A stretch of DNA of 35,263 nucleotides from an uncultured Gammaproteobacteria bacterium (GTDB taxonomy: Bacteria; Patescibacteriota; Microgenomatia; UBA12405; JAHJSD01). The notes beneath the pieces are model-generated. The model saw only the letters and a list, made by a program, of their open reading frames with translations. It searched no databases and had not been told where the DNA came from. Both the position numbers and the translations under genes were made by a program. Below, one piece after another: positions 8,203 through 16,255 of the stretch. Position 1 is the first letter of the stretch; every line of letters starts with the position of its first letter. The stretch is taken from the NCBI GenBank assembly GCA_964470705.1, contig CAYYDT010000001.1, forward strand, positions 28,058-63,320, read 5' to 3'.

Positions 8203-8270
8203 GCTAGCCTCTGCCCGCCCGCAACGCCGAGCAAGCTCTGCTTGCATGGCGGGCGCGGCGCCACACCCCG
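8203..8270 (-). other. tRNA-like 5' fragment (acceptor 5' strand, D stem, D loop) interrupted by a GC-rich insertion
   Basis: Minus strand reads CGGGGTGTGGCGC[GC hairpin]CAGAGGCTAGC, copying positions 1-23 of the adjacent tRNA-Pro. There is no anticodon arm. Confidence 0.5.
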
Positions 8271-8315
8271 TTAGTCAAATTTTATCAAGATTTGGTTTAT
8301 ATTGAAAGACAGGAG

Positions 8316-8341
8316 TTTAGAGTTTGGAATTTAGAGTTTGG
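8316..8341. repeat. direct repeat TTTAGAGTTTGG x2 (14-nt period) upstream of recA
   Basis: Copies at 8316-8327 and 8330-8341. A third partial GAGTTTGG lies at 8369-8376. Confidence 0.7.
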
Positions 8342-8429
8342 GATTTCGATCAAGTCAGACTTGGTTTCGAGTTTGGTTTTTTTAGTGGTTGTTTTTTTAT
8401 TTTGATTGTGATTAAATTAAACTAGAATT

Positions 8430-9485
8430 ATGGCAAAGAAAAAGAAAAAAGCTAAAGGCGAAAAGCAGAAGGCGAAAAGCAAAGAACAAAAGCAAAAACT
8501 GGAAGCGGTGAAGAACGCTATGGACCGGATAGAGAAGCAATACGGTAAAGGGGCGATAATGAAAATGGGCGACCGTCAGGGAAAAATGGACGTTGACTCA
8601 ATCTCCACCGGGTGCCTGCCGGTTGACATCGCTTTAGGCGTCGGTGGTGTTCCCAGAGGCCGGATTGTTGAAATTTTTGGCCCCGAGGCCTCAGGAAAAA
8701 CAACTTTAATTCTTCATATTATTGCTGAAGCTCAAAAAGCCGGCGGTGTAGCCGCTTTTGTTGACGCTGAACACGCATTAAATCCGCAGTGGGCAGAAAA
8801 AATCGGCGTAAACTTGGAAGATCTACTTATTTCTCAACCGGATACCGGTGAACAGGCGCTGGAAATTGTTGAAACTTTGGTTCGCTCCGGCGGGCTGGAT
8901 TTGATTTTGGTTGATTCGGTTGCTGCTTTAGTGCCTAAATCAGAAATTGAAGGCGATATGGGCGATGCCCAGGTTGGTGTTCAGGCAAGACTGATGTCGC
9001 AAGCCCTGCGCAAACTTGCCGGAACAATCAACAAAACCAGTACTTGTTTGATTTTTACCAATCAGATCCGCCATAAAATCGGGGTTTTCTTTGGCAATCC
9101 GGAAACAACTTCCGGCGGTTTGGCCTTAAAGTTTTATTCATCGGTACGAATTGACCTGAGGCAGAGGAAAAAAATTAAAGACACAGAAGGCGATATTATT
9201 GGGTCTTTGCACCGGGCAAAAGTAATTAAAAATAAGATTGCCCCGCCTTTTAGAGAAGCGGAGTTTGAAATTTACAACACCAATGGAATATCCTGGGAGG
9301 CCGGTTTGATTGATGCCGGTGAAAAGTACGGTGTAGTTGAACGAAGCGGTGCTTATTATAAATACGGGAAGGAAACTTTAGGACAAGGGAAAGAGGCGGC
9401 TATAAAGTTTTTAGAAGATAATTCTAAAATCAGCAACAAAATAGAAAAAGAGATTTGGCAGGCTGTTCAATCCCGCGCTTCTTAA
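8430..9485 (+). CDS. recA: recombinase RecA with Lys-rich N-terminal extension
   Basis: 351 aa. Walker [20 protein letters not shown] and L2 region. The first ~25 aa ([22 protein letters not shown]) are extra compared with typical RecA. Confidence 0.95.
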   Translation: MAKKKKKAKGEKQKAKSKEQKQKLEAVKNAMDRIEKQYGKGAIMKMGDRQGKMDVDSISTGCLPVDIALGVGGVPRGRIVEIFGPEASGKTTLILHIIAEAQKAGGVAAFVDAEHALNPQWAEKIGVNLEDLLISQPDTGEQALEIVETLVRSGGLDLILVDSVAALVPKSEIEGDMGDAQVGVQARLMSQALRKLAGTINKTSTCLIFTNQIRHKIGVFFGNPETTSGGLALKFYSSVRIDLRQRKKIKDTEGDIIGSLHRAKVIKNKIAPPFREAEFEIYNTNGISWEAGLIDAGEKYGVVERSGAYYKYGKETLGQGKEAAIKFLEDNSKISNKIEKEIWQAVQSRAS

Positions 9486-9507
9486 GTTTAAAGTTTTTAC
9501 CTTCTTG

Positions 9508-9516
9508 TGTTAGAAT
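9508..9516 (+). promoter_or_regulatory. extended -10 box TGTTAGAAT, putative rny promoter
   Basis: TGnTAnAAT match about 80 nt upstream of rny. The leader contains the 12-nt palindrome GGCTGATCAGCC (9566-9577) and a GGAAAGGAG SD. Confidence 0.45.
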
Positions 9517-9596
9517 ATACCGACATAAAGTCAGAAGATTAATTAAATATTAAAATACTTCGGCGGGCTGATCAGCCGGCCGGGAAAGGAGAAAAA

Positions 9597-11012
9597 ATGA
9601 TTAATTTAGGAAATATTTTCGGCCAGCCGAAAACTAAAGATTTAGAAGATAAAAAAGATACCGCTTCTTTAAAGGAATTAAAATTGGCTGAACTGGTTGA
9701 TGAATTAAAACAAAGAGAAAAAGAACTTGACAAACGTTTGGAGTCAATGGACGATCGGGAGCGGTATCTGCGCGAAAAAGAGACCCGGCTGGAAAAACGA
9801 GAGGAAAAAACAGCAGAATTGGAAAAGAAATTAAAGACGCTGATAGACCAAGAAACTAAAAAACTAGAAAGTCTGGCCGATTTAACCAAAGAAGAGGCCA
9901 GGGAGAAACTAAAGCAAGAAACCGAAAAACAATTGGTTGAATGGAAAGCCAAGAAAATTCGAGAAACCAGGGATGTTATTGAGGCAGAAGAGGATCAGTT
10001 GGCCCAGGAAATAGTCCTTAATTCTATAAGGCATGGAGTAGTTGATTGGGTTGCCGAATATACTGTTTCTTCACTGCAATTGGAAAATGAGGATATAAAA
10101 GGGCGAATTATTGGTCGTGAGGGAAGAAATATTCGGGCTTTTGAAAGGGCAACTGGGGTTGATTTAGAGTTAGACGAGACCAATGTTGTTAGGCTTTCTT
10201 CTTTTGATCCTATTCGTCGGGAAATTGCTAAAAGAGCATTGAAAAAATTGATTAAAGACACTCGGATCCAACCGTCGCGTATTGAAGAAGTTGTTGACCA
10301 AACCAAAAAGCAGATGGACAAGACCTTGGTGGAAGAAGGTAAAAAGATTTGTCAAGAGGTTGGTGTTTACCATTTACCCGCGGAATTAGTTTCGCTTATT
10401 GGCCGGTTTAAGTTTCGGTTTTCTCACGGTCAGAATTTAGCCTTGCACACAATTGAGGAGACAAAAATCGGCATAAAAATTGCTCAAGAATTAAACGCCG
10501 ACGTAAAAGTTGTTAGATTAGGTTGTTTGCTTCATGATATTGGCAAAGTTATTGATGAAGAAGGTAGTCACGTGGATGTTGGAGTCGACGCTCTTAAGCG
10601 TTTTAATATTCCCTCGGAAGTAATAAATACGGTTGCTGAGCATCACGAGGACAAGCCTTTTTCCAGCACCGAATCAATTATTGTTTGGGTGGCTGATGCC
10701 GCATCCGGCTCCCGTCCAGGGGCGCGGTATGAGGCCCACGAAAAGTACCTGGAAAGAATGGAAAACATTGAGGAAATTGTCAATTCTTTTCAAGGTGTAG
10801 AGGATGTGGTTTGTTATCAAGCCGGCCGGGAAGTCAGGGTTATAGTTAATCCAGAAAAGATTTCTGACGATGAACTAACTGTTCTTGTTCATGATATTGC
10901 TGTCAAACTTGAAGACGAAACTAAATGGGCCGGTCAAATAAAGGTTACGGCAATCAGAGAAACAAGGGCGGCAGTTAAGGCACCAATTGACAAAGATGAA
11001 TTTTCCCGCTAG
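9597..11012 (+). CDS. rny: ribonuclease Y
   Basis: 471 aa. Coiled-coil Lys/Glu-rich N-terminus, KH domain (GRIIGREGRNIRAFERATGVDL) and HD domain (LLHDIGK ... HHED). Confidence 0.9.
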   Translation: MINLGNIFGQPKTKDLEDKKDTASLKELKLAELVDELKQREKELDKRLESMDDRERYLREKETRLEKREEKTAELEKKLKTLIDQETKKLESLADLTKEEAREKLKQETEKQLVEWKAKKIRETRDVIEAEEDQLAQEIVLNSIRHGVVDWVAEYTVSSLQLENEDIKGRIIGREGRNIRAFERATGVDLELDETNVVRLSSFDPIRREIAKRALKKLIKDTRIQPSRIEEVVDQTKKQMDKTLVEEGKKICQEVGVYHLPAELVSLIGRFKFRFSHGQNLALHTIEETKIGIKIAQELNADVKVVRLGCLLHDIGKVIDEEGSHVDVGVDALKRFNIPSEVINTVAEHHEDKPFSSTESIIVWVADAASGSRPGARYEAHEKYLERMENIEEIVNSFQGVEDVVCYQAGREVRVIVNPEKISDDELTVLVHDIAVKLEDETKWAGQIKVTAIRETRAAVKAPIDKDEFSR

Positions 11013-11037
11013 AATGATGATAATTAAAGTTTGACAA

Positions 11038-11064
11038 GTTCGAGCGTTTCGAGCCTTTCGAACT
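11038..11064. repeat. three tandem 9-nt units with TCGA core (gttcgagcg tttcgagcc tttcgaact)
   Basis: TCGA at 11040, 11049 and 11058. Immediately follows a TTGACA hexamer (11031-11036) and ends 25 nt before the hup start. Confidence 0.8.
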
Positions 11065-11088
11065 TTATTAAGAAAGGGGGTGAAGACG

Positions 11089-11361
11089 ATGACAAAAAGA
11101 GAATTAATCGATATTGTTGCCCAAAAAACAGGTTTGACTAAAAAAGCCTCTCGGGAAGCTTTAGAAACTATTTTCGGTGAAATTACCAAAGCTTTAAAAA
11201 GAGGAGAGAAAGTTAAGATTTTTGGATTCGGTGTATTTTTTACCAAACTCTTTAGTTCCAAGGAAGTTAAGCCAATTGGTGGCGGTCCAAAAAAGAAAAT
11301 TCCGGCAAGAAGAATGCCTAGATTTAGACCGGGTACAACACTTAAACGTCAAGTAAAGTAA
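11089..11361 (+). CDS. hup: HU-type DNA-binding protein
   Basis: MTKRELIDIVAQKTGLTKKASREALE..., a classic HU/IHF N-terminus with arm region RMPRFRPG. ATG at 11089 follows AAAGGGGGTGA. Confidence 0.9.
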   Translation: MTKRELIDIVAQKTGLTKKASREALETIFGEITKALKRGEKVKIFGFGVFFTKLFSSKEVKPIGGGPKKKIPARRMPRFRPGTTLKRQVK

Positions 11362-11376
11362 GAATTTTAGACGAGT

Positions 11377-11424
11377 ACGGCCCTGCAGGCAGGTAGGTTT
11401 ACTTACCGGCGGGGCCGTGTGTTT
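11377..11424 (+). terminator. GC-rich hairpin after hup (ACGGCCC ... GGGCCGT) followed by GTGTGTTT
   Basis: 7-bp outer stem plus an imperfect inner stem. Located 16 nt after the hup stop. Confidence 0.5.
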
Positions 11425-11432
11425 ATCAACAG

Positions 11433-12422
11433 ATGGATAAAAATAATCTATTAGTCAATAATTTAAAAAAGCATTATCGTGTTTATCAAAAAAAAGCCGG
11501 TCTTATCGGCTCTTTATCTTCACTTTTTAAACGTGACTACAAAATAGTTCAAGCGGTTGATGAGATAAGCTTCCAAATTAAGAAAGGCGAATTAGTCGGC
11601 TTCATCGGTCCAAACGGTGCTGGTAAAACAACTACTCTCAAGTGTTTGTCTGGTCTTCTTTATCCAGACGATGGAGAAGTTTCTGTTTTAGGATATAAAC
11701 CTTGGGACAGGCAGCCGAGTTTTTTAAAAAAGATCGCTTTTGTTATGGGGCAGAAAAATCAACTTTGGTGGGATTTGCCACCGATTGAGACTTTTTATCT
11801 TAACAAAGAAATTTACCAGGTTGATGATTCCCAGTTTAAAAAAAATCTTGACGAACTAGTAGATTTACTGGAAGTCAGCGAAATCATCAATACGCAAACC
11901 AGAAAACTGTCTTTGGGTCAAAGAATGAAATGCGAACTGATTGCTTCTTTGCTTCACCAGCCGGAAATTTTGTTTCTTGATGAACCAACCATCGGTCTTG
12001 ACGTGGTAATGCAGAAAAAAATACGCGACTTTATAAAAGTTTATAATCAACGATACCAGGCAACAATTATATTAACATCGCATTATATGGGTGATGTTCA
12101 GGAATTGGCCGATCGGGTAATAATTATTGATAAAGGAAAAATAGTTTTTGACGGCCAGCTGGATAAAATTACCCAAAAATACGCTGACTATAAACTGATT
12201 AGTTTAACACTTGCTAACCAGGTTGACCGGAAAGCACTGGCCGCTGTCGGCGAGATAAAAATGTTTGATTTACCGAAAGCGCAGATTAAAGTTAAAAGAG
12301 AAGTTGCCTCTTTGGTCGCTGCCGAAGTGCTTAAAAAGTTTCCGGTAGAAGATTTAAATATCGAACAGCCGCCGATTGAGGAAATAATTCGCCGACTGTT
12401 TATTGAAAAGGATTATGATTAA
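11433..12422 (+). CDS. ABC transporter ATP-binding protein
   Basis: Walker A GPNGAGKTT, signature LSLGQRMK, Walker B ILFLDEPTIGLD. Confidence 0.9.
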   Translation: MDKNNLLVNNLKKHYRVYQKKAGLIGSLSSLFKRDYKIVQAVDEISFQIKKGELVGFIGPNGAGKTTTLKCLSGLLYPDDGEVSVLGYKPWDRQPSFLKKIAFVMGQKNQLWWDLPPIETFYLNKEIYQVDDSQFKKNLDELVDLLEVSEIINTQTRKLSLGQRMKCELIASLLHQPEILFLDEPTIGLDVVMQKKIRDFIKVYNQRYQATIILTSHYMGDVQELADRVIIIDKGKIVFDGQLDKITQKYADYKLISLTLANQVDRKALAAVGEIKMFDLPKAQIKVKREVASLVAAEVLKKFPVEDLNIEQPPIEEIIRRLFIEKDYD

Positions 12423-12425
12423 CTG

Positions 12426-13226
12426 ATGAAAAAATATTTCCGGGTAATTAAGATTAGTTTTATGGAATATTTTGTTTATCGGTTAAATTTTTTTTTGTGG
12501 CGCTTTCGAAGCATAGTTACCTTTTTAACTTTAATTTTTTTCTGGCAGGCGGTTTACGGCGCCAGGAATGAAGTTTTTGGTTACCAGCGCAGTCAAATGC
12601 TTACCTACGTTGTCGGCATGTCAATACTTAGAGGGATTATTCTTACCAGTCGTACTGCCGACCTATCTGGAATGATTCTCAACGGTGACTTAGTTAGTAA
12701 ATACTTACTTCGACCTTGGAACGTAGTTACTGCTTGGTTTCTCCGTGATTTATCTGCGAAGGGTTTAAATTTTGGGTTTGTTGTAGTTGAAGTGGTCTTA
12801 TTAATTAGAATTTTGAACCTTCCTTTTTATACACCGGAAAAATGGCAAACTTTCCCACTGTTTTTGGCAAGTATTATTCTTGCTTTTTTACTTTATTTTT
12901 TGATCAGTTTTTTTCTGTCAATTACTGCTTTTTGGACAGATAACGTTTGGGCTCCCCGGTGGTTGTTTTCTGCTATTTTTTTAGAATTTATGGCAGGAAC
13001 CCTGTTTCCTCTAGACGTGCTTCCTTCTGGTGTCTATGATTTTATTCATTTTACTCCCTTTCCTTATTTAGTTTATTTGCCGTTGAATATTTATTTAGAA
13101 AAAGTTTCTTTGTTTACTGCTGGCTATCAGTTGTTTATATTGCTTTTCTGGCTTATATTGTTTCAACAGGTAACTTTTTGGGCATGGAAAAAAGGATTAA
13201 AGATTTATACTGCTTATGGGAATTAA
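12426..13226 (+). CDS. ABC-2 type transporter permease
   Basis: 266 aa, multi-pass hydrophobic, immediately downstream of the ATPase. Substrate unknown. Confidence 0.7.
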   Translation: MKKYFRVIKISFMEYFVYRLNFFLWRFRSIVTFLTLIFFWQAVYGARNEVFGYQRSQMLTYVVGMSILRGIILTSRTADLSGMILNGDLVSKYLLRPWNVVTAWFLRDLSAKGLNFGFVVVEVVLLIRILNLPFYTPEKWQTFPLFLASIILAFLLYFLISFFLSITAFWTDNVWAPRWLFSAIFLEFMAGTLFPLDVLPSGVYDFIHFTPFPYLVYLPLNIYLEKVSLFTAGYQLFILLFWLILFQQVTFWAWKKGLKIYTAYGN

Positions 13227-14007
13227 ATATTATCTAAAAGCTTTTTGGCTGATGGCCAAAATGGTTGTTTTGCCGGATTTGGTTCAACCGAGTGCGGCAA
13301 TTTTATTCATTATCGGTAAAGTCGCCCGTTTTCTTTTCTATTTTGTTTTTCTTTTTTACATTGTTTCCGGGATAAATAACTTTGTCGGTTATACCAGAGT
13401 GGAAGTAATTTGGTTTTTTTTGGTTTTCAACCTTGTTGATGTTACAATCCAATTTTTATTCCGCGGCGTCTATCATTTCCGGTATTTGGTCGTTTCCGGT
13501 AATTTTGATTTGGAACTATTAAAACCACTGCCTTCTTTTTTCCGGCCGCTGTTTGGACACGTCGATATTATGGACTTTATTACCTTAATACCTTTGATTG
13601 GTTTTTCAATTTGGTACGTTATCAACCATCAATTGGCCGGAAGTTTGATTAACGTTGTTTACTTTTTACTCCTTTTTACGGCGAGTATCTTTATCGGCTT
13701 TGCTTTTCACTTGTTTGTTTCTTCAATTTGTGTTTTGACAACAGAAATTGACCACTTGGTTTGGGTATACCGCGATGTCACCGCTATGGGGAGGTTTCCA
13801 ACCGATATTTACCGGGGAGCAGTTCGCTTTTTAGTTGTGTTTGTTATTCCGGTTGTTCTGCTGATTACTTTTCCGGCCAAAGCTTTGCTCGGCCGGCTTT
13901 CTGCCTGGCAGGTCGGCTTATCATTGTCAACTAGTTTAATCCTCAGTTTTTTGTCCCTAAAATTCTGGTACTGGTCGCTTAAACGTTATTCCTCCGCCAG
14001 CAGCTGA
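13216..14007 (+). CDS. ABC-2 type transporter permease (second subunit)
   Basis: 263 aa, multi-pass hydrophobic, 11-nt overlap with the preceding permease gene. Confidence 0.7.
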   Translation: MGIKYYLKAFWLMAKMVVLPDLVQPSAAILFIIGKVARFLFYFVFLFYIVSGINNFVGYTRVEVIWFFLVFNLVDVTIQFLFRGVYHFRYLVVSGNFDLELLKPLPSFFRPLFGHVDIMDFITLIPLIGFSIWYVINHQLAGSLINVVYFLLLFTASIFIGFAFHLFVSSICVLTTEIDHLVWVYRDVTAMGRFPTDIYRGAVRFLVVFVIPVVLLITFPAKALLGRLSAWQVGLSLSTSLILSFLSLKFWYWSLKRYSSASS

Positions 14008-14011
14008 TTTT

Positions 14012-14040
14012 TTGCTTGCCTTGCTGGTTGTTTGTATAAT
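14012..14040 (+). promoter_or_regulatory. sigma70-like promoter TTGCTT-N17-TATAAT ending 6 nt before the ychF ATG
   Basis: -35 at 14012-14017, -10 at 14035-14040, ATG at 14047, with no SD in between. Confidence 0.5.
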
Positions 14041-14046
14041 CAGGAC

Positions 14047-15090
14047 ATGAGTTTGTCTATAGGTATTGTTGGATTGCCGAATAGTGGGAAGTCGACGCTT
14101 TTTAACGCTTTGCTCGGCCGGCAGGTGGCAAAAGCGGAAAGCTACCCGTTTTGTACTATAGAACCGAATACTGGCGTTGTTGAAGTACCTGACGATCGGC
14201 TGGAAAAAATTGCTGAAATTGTCGAGCCGAAAAAAAAAGTGCCGTCAGCAATCAAGTTTGTAGACATTGCCGGTTTGGTTGAGGGTGCTCATACAGGTGC
14301 TGGTTTAGGCAATAAGTTTTTAGCGGAAATAAGGGAAGTCAACGCAATTCTTTACCTGCTTCGCGATTTTGACGGTTCCGTTGCTAAAGCCGGGTCTGTC
14401 AGCCCAAGAGTCGATTATGAAGTTTTACAAACGGAATTAGTTTTAAAAGACCTAGAGACGCTTTATCGAATAGTTAAGGAAAAACCTCGGACAGACCAAG
14501 AGAAAGAAAAACAAAAACTAGCTGAAAAACTAATCCCTGGGTTGGAAAAAGGAGCATCAGCAATCGATATACAACTTACTGACGAAGAAAAAAGTCTTTT
14601 AGATCAATTTTTCTTGTTAACCGCTAAACCTTATATCCAGGTGATTAATATTAGCGAAGATGCGGATTTTAAGGTAAAAAAAGCTGAGTATCAAGATTTA
14701 AACCCAATCATTGTCTCGGCAAAGTTTGAAGCTGATTTGGTTAATTTAAGCAGTGAAGAAAAAAAAGATTTGTTGGAAGGGAAATACCAATCTTCATTAG
14801 ATAAAGTAATTTCCGCTGGTTATCAGCTGTTAAATTTGATTACATTTTACACAATTAAAGGCGGTAACGAAGTCCGTGCCTGGCCGATCACCGAGGAATC
14901 GGAAGTGCTAAAAGCGGCTTACCTGGTTCATACTGATTTTGGTGAAAATTTTATTCGGGCAGAAGTAGTTGATTATCAAAGTTTTGTTAAATATAACGGC
15001 TGGCTGGCAGCAAGAGAAGCTGGGAAAATAAGAACAGAGGGAAAAGAATATTTAGTCAACGACGGCGATATTATTGAATTTAGAATATGA
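14047..15090 (+). CDS. ychF: ribosome-binding ATPase YchF
   Basis: GIVGLPNSGKSTLFNAL G1 motif, DIAGLV G3 motif and a TGS-like C-terminus. ATG at 14047 gives the canonical N-terminus. Confidence 0.9.
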   Translation: MSLSIGIVGLPNSGKSTLFNALLGRQVAKAESYPFCTIEPNTGVVEVPDDRLEKIAEIVEPKKKVPSAIKFVDIAGLVEGAHTGAGLGNKFLAEIREVNAILYLLRDFDGSVAKAGSVSPRVDYEVLQTELVLKDLETLYRIVKEKPRTDQEKEKQKLAEKLIPGLEKGASAIDIQLTDEEKSLLDQFFLLTAKPYIQVINISEDADFKVKKAEYQDLNPIIVSAKFEADLVNLSSEEKKDLLEGKYQSSLDKVISAGYQLLNLITFYTIKGGNEVRAWPITEESEVLKAAYLVHTDFGENFIRAEVVDYQSFVKYNGWLAAREAGKIRTEGKEYLVNDGDIIEFRI

Positions 15091-15091
15091 C

Positions 15092-15107
15092 GCAGACTAA
15101 AGTCTGC
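15092..15107 (+). terminator. hairpin GCAGAC-TAAA-GTCTGC directly after the ychF stop
   Basis: Perfect 6-bp stem starting 2 nt after the stop. Overlaps the first copy of the 21-nt repeat. Confidence 0.4.
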
Positions 15108-15123
15108 TATTACAAACGTAGTA
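15103..15123 (+). repeat. 21-nt direct repeat, copy 1 (TCTGCTATTACAAACGTAGTA)
   Basis: Matches 15172-15192 at 20 of 21 positions. Can fold as TATTAC-loop-GTAGTA. Confidence 0.8.
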
Positions 15124-15171
15124 ATATAGAGCAGGCTAACCGCACTACCACGAAGGGTATACGGCAAGAGT

Positions 15172-15192
15172 TCTGCTATTACAATCGTAGTA
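15172..15192 (+). repeat. 21-nt direct repeat, copy 2 (TCTGCTATTACAATCGTAGTA)
   Basis: Extended 8-bp hairpin GCTATTAC-AATC-GTAGTAGC. Confidence 0.8.
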
Positions 15193-15228
15193 GCAAGCTT
15201 AAGTTTGCGGTTTGATGATAAAAAATTG

Positions 15229-16233
15229 ATGATCAATAAACTATTAGTTATCTGCGGGCCGACGGCAGTAGGCAAAACTTCTACGGGAATTAAATTGGCA
15301 AAGAAATTTGACGGTGAAATAATTTCTGCCGATTCCCGCCAGGTTTACAAAGGAATGGACATCGGCACCGGCAAAGACATTAAAAAAAGTTCAAAGTTCA
15401 ATGTTCAAAGTTCAAAAAAACATGATATTGGAAATTATAAAATTAATAGTGTTTCCGTTTGGCTGTTGGATATGGCAGAACCAGACTGCCAGGTGACGGT
15501 TGCTGACTGGCTGGCCGGAGCGAAAAAGGTTGTTGCAATAATCCGAAAAAAAAACAAACTGCCAATAGTTGTCGGCGGCACCGGTTTTTATATCAAGGCC
15601 TTGGTTGATGGAATTGAAACAATCGGGATTCCGCCGGATGAAGAATTACGCCGCCAGTTAAATAAACTGTCTGTAAAAGACCTGCAAAAAAGATTAAAAC
15701 AATTAGCTCCAAAAGTATATCAACAATTAAACAAGTCAGACAGACATAACCCGCACCGGTTAATCCGCAAGATTGAAATAGCAAAAGCAAAAGCCAAAAG
15801 TCAGCACCACGGTTTGAGCCGCAGTACTGGGCTGTTGTCAGACGACGTTTTAAAAGTCGGTTTGAAAGCGCCGCGGAAATTTATTTATCAGCGGATTGAT
15901 CAGCGGGTAGAGAAGCGGTTGAAAAATGGATTACTGGAAGAAGTTAAATTTTTGGCTAATAAATATGGTTGGGACGCTCCAGGGATGAATACCTTGGCGT
16001 ACAAGGAATTTAAGCCGTTGTTTACCGAGGTGTCAATAGGAATACATGGATTCGACAAATGCTCACCACAGGCCCTCCGAGGTGTACTTGAGAGGTGGAA
16101 ATATGATGAGCATGCTTATGCCAGAAGGCAGATGACTTGGTATAAAAAAGATAAGGATATTAACTGGTTTGACATTACTAAAGATCAATGGTTTGACGAT
16201 TTAATAAAAATGGTTAATAATTGGTATAGTTGA
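15229..16233 (+). CDS. miaA: tRNA dimethylallyltransferase
   Basis: ICGPTAVGKTS P-loop and SADSRQVYKGMDIGTGK. ATG at 15229 chosen over the TTG at 15205. Lys/Ser-rich insertion after the DIGTGK motif. Confidence 0.85.
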   Translation: MINKLLVICGPTAVGKTSTGIKLAKKFDGEIISADSRQVYKGMDIGTGKDIKKSSKFNVQSSKKHDIGNYKINSVSVWLLDMAEPDCQVTVADWLAGAKKVVAIIRKKNKLPIVVGGTGFYIKALVDGIETIGIPPDEELRRQLNKLSVKDLQKRLKQLAPKVYQQLNKSDRHNPHRLIRKIEIAKAKAKSQHHGLSRSTGLLSDDVLKVGLKAPRKFIYQRIDQRVEKRLKNGLLEEVKFLANKYGWDAPGMNTLAYKEFKPLFTEVSIGIHGFDKCSPQALRGVLERWKYDEHAYARRQMTWYKKDKDINWFDITKDQWFDDLIKMVNNWYS

Positions 16234-16255
16234 TAAAGGGGCTCGAAATAAAGTT

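Noticed and set aside
7981-8207. Two + strand ORFs (66 and 61 aa, Arg/Pro/Ala-rich) listed in the track
   Set aside because: They run antisense through the tRNA-Pro gene and the GC-rich tRNA-like flanks. Their composition is simply a consequence of the GC-rich RNA sequence, and there is no SD or plausible start context.
7982-8270. Integrated mobile element or prophage at the tRNA-Pro gene
   Set aside because: The duplicated tRNA segments are only about 290 nt apart and no integrase, transposase or cargo gene is present. I kept it as a structural curiosity rather than an island.
9572-9952. 126-aa Ser/Phe-rich minus-strand ORF, and similar antisense ORFs (1772-2104, 9995-10321, 10875-11261, 14976-15275, 16288-16587, 22748-23044, 23968-24237, 29210-29548, 29987-30379, 30701-31096, 31987-32229, 34802-35053)
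   Set aside because: All lie antisense to strongly supported conserved genes, have low-complexity composition mirroring Lys/Glu-rich sense codons, and lack start signals. They are shadow ORFs.
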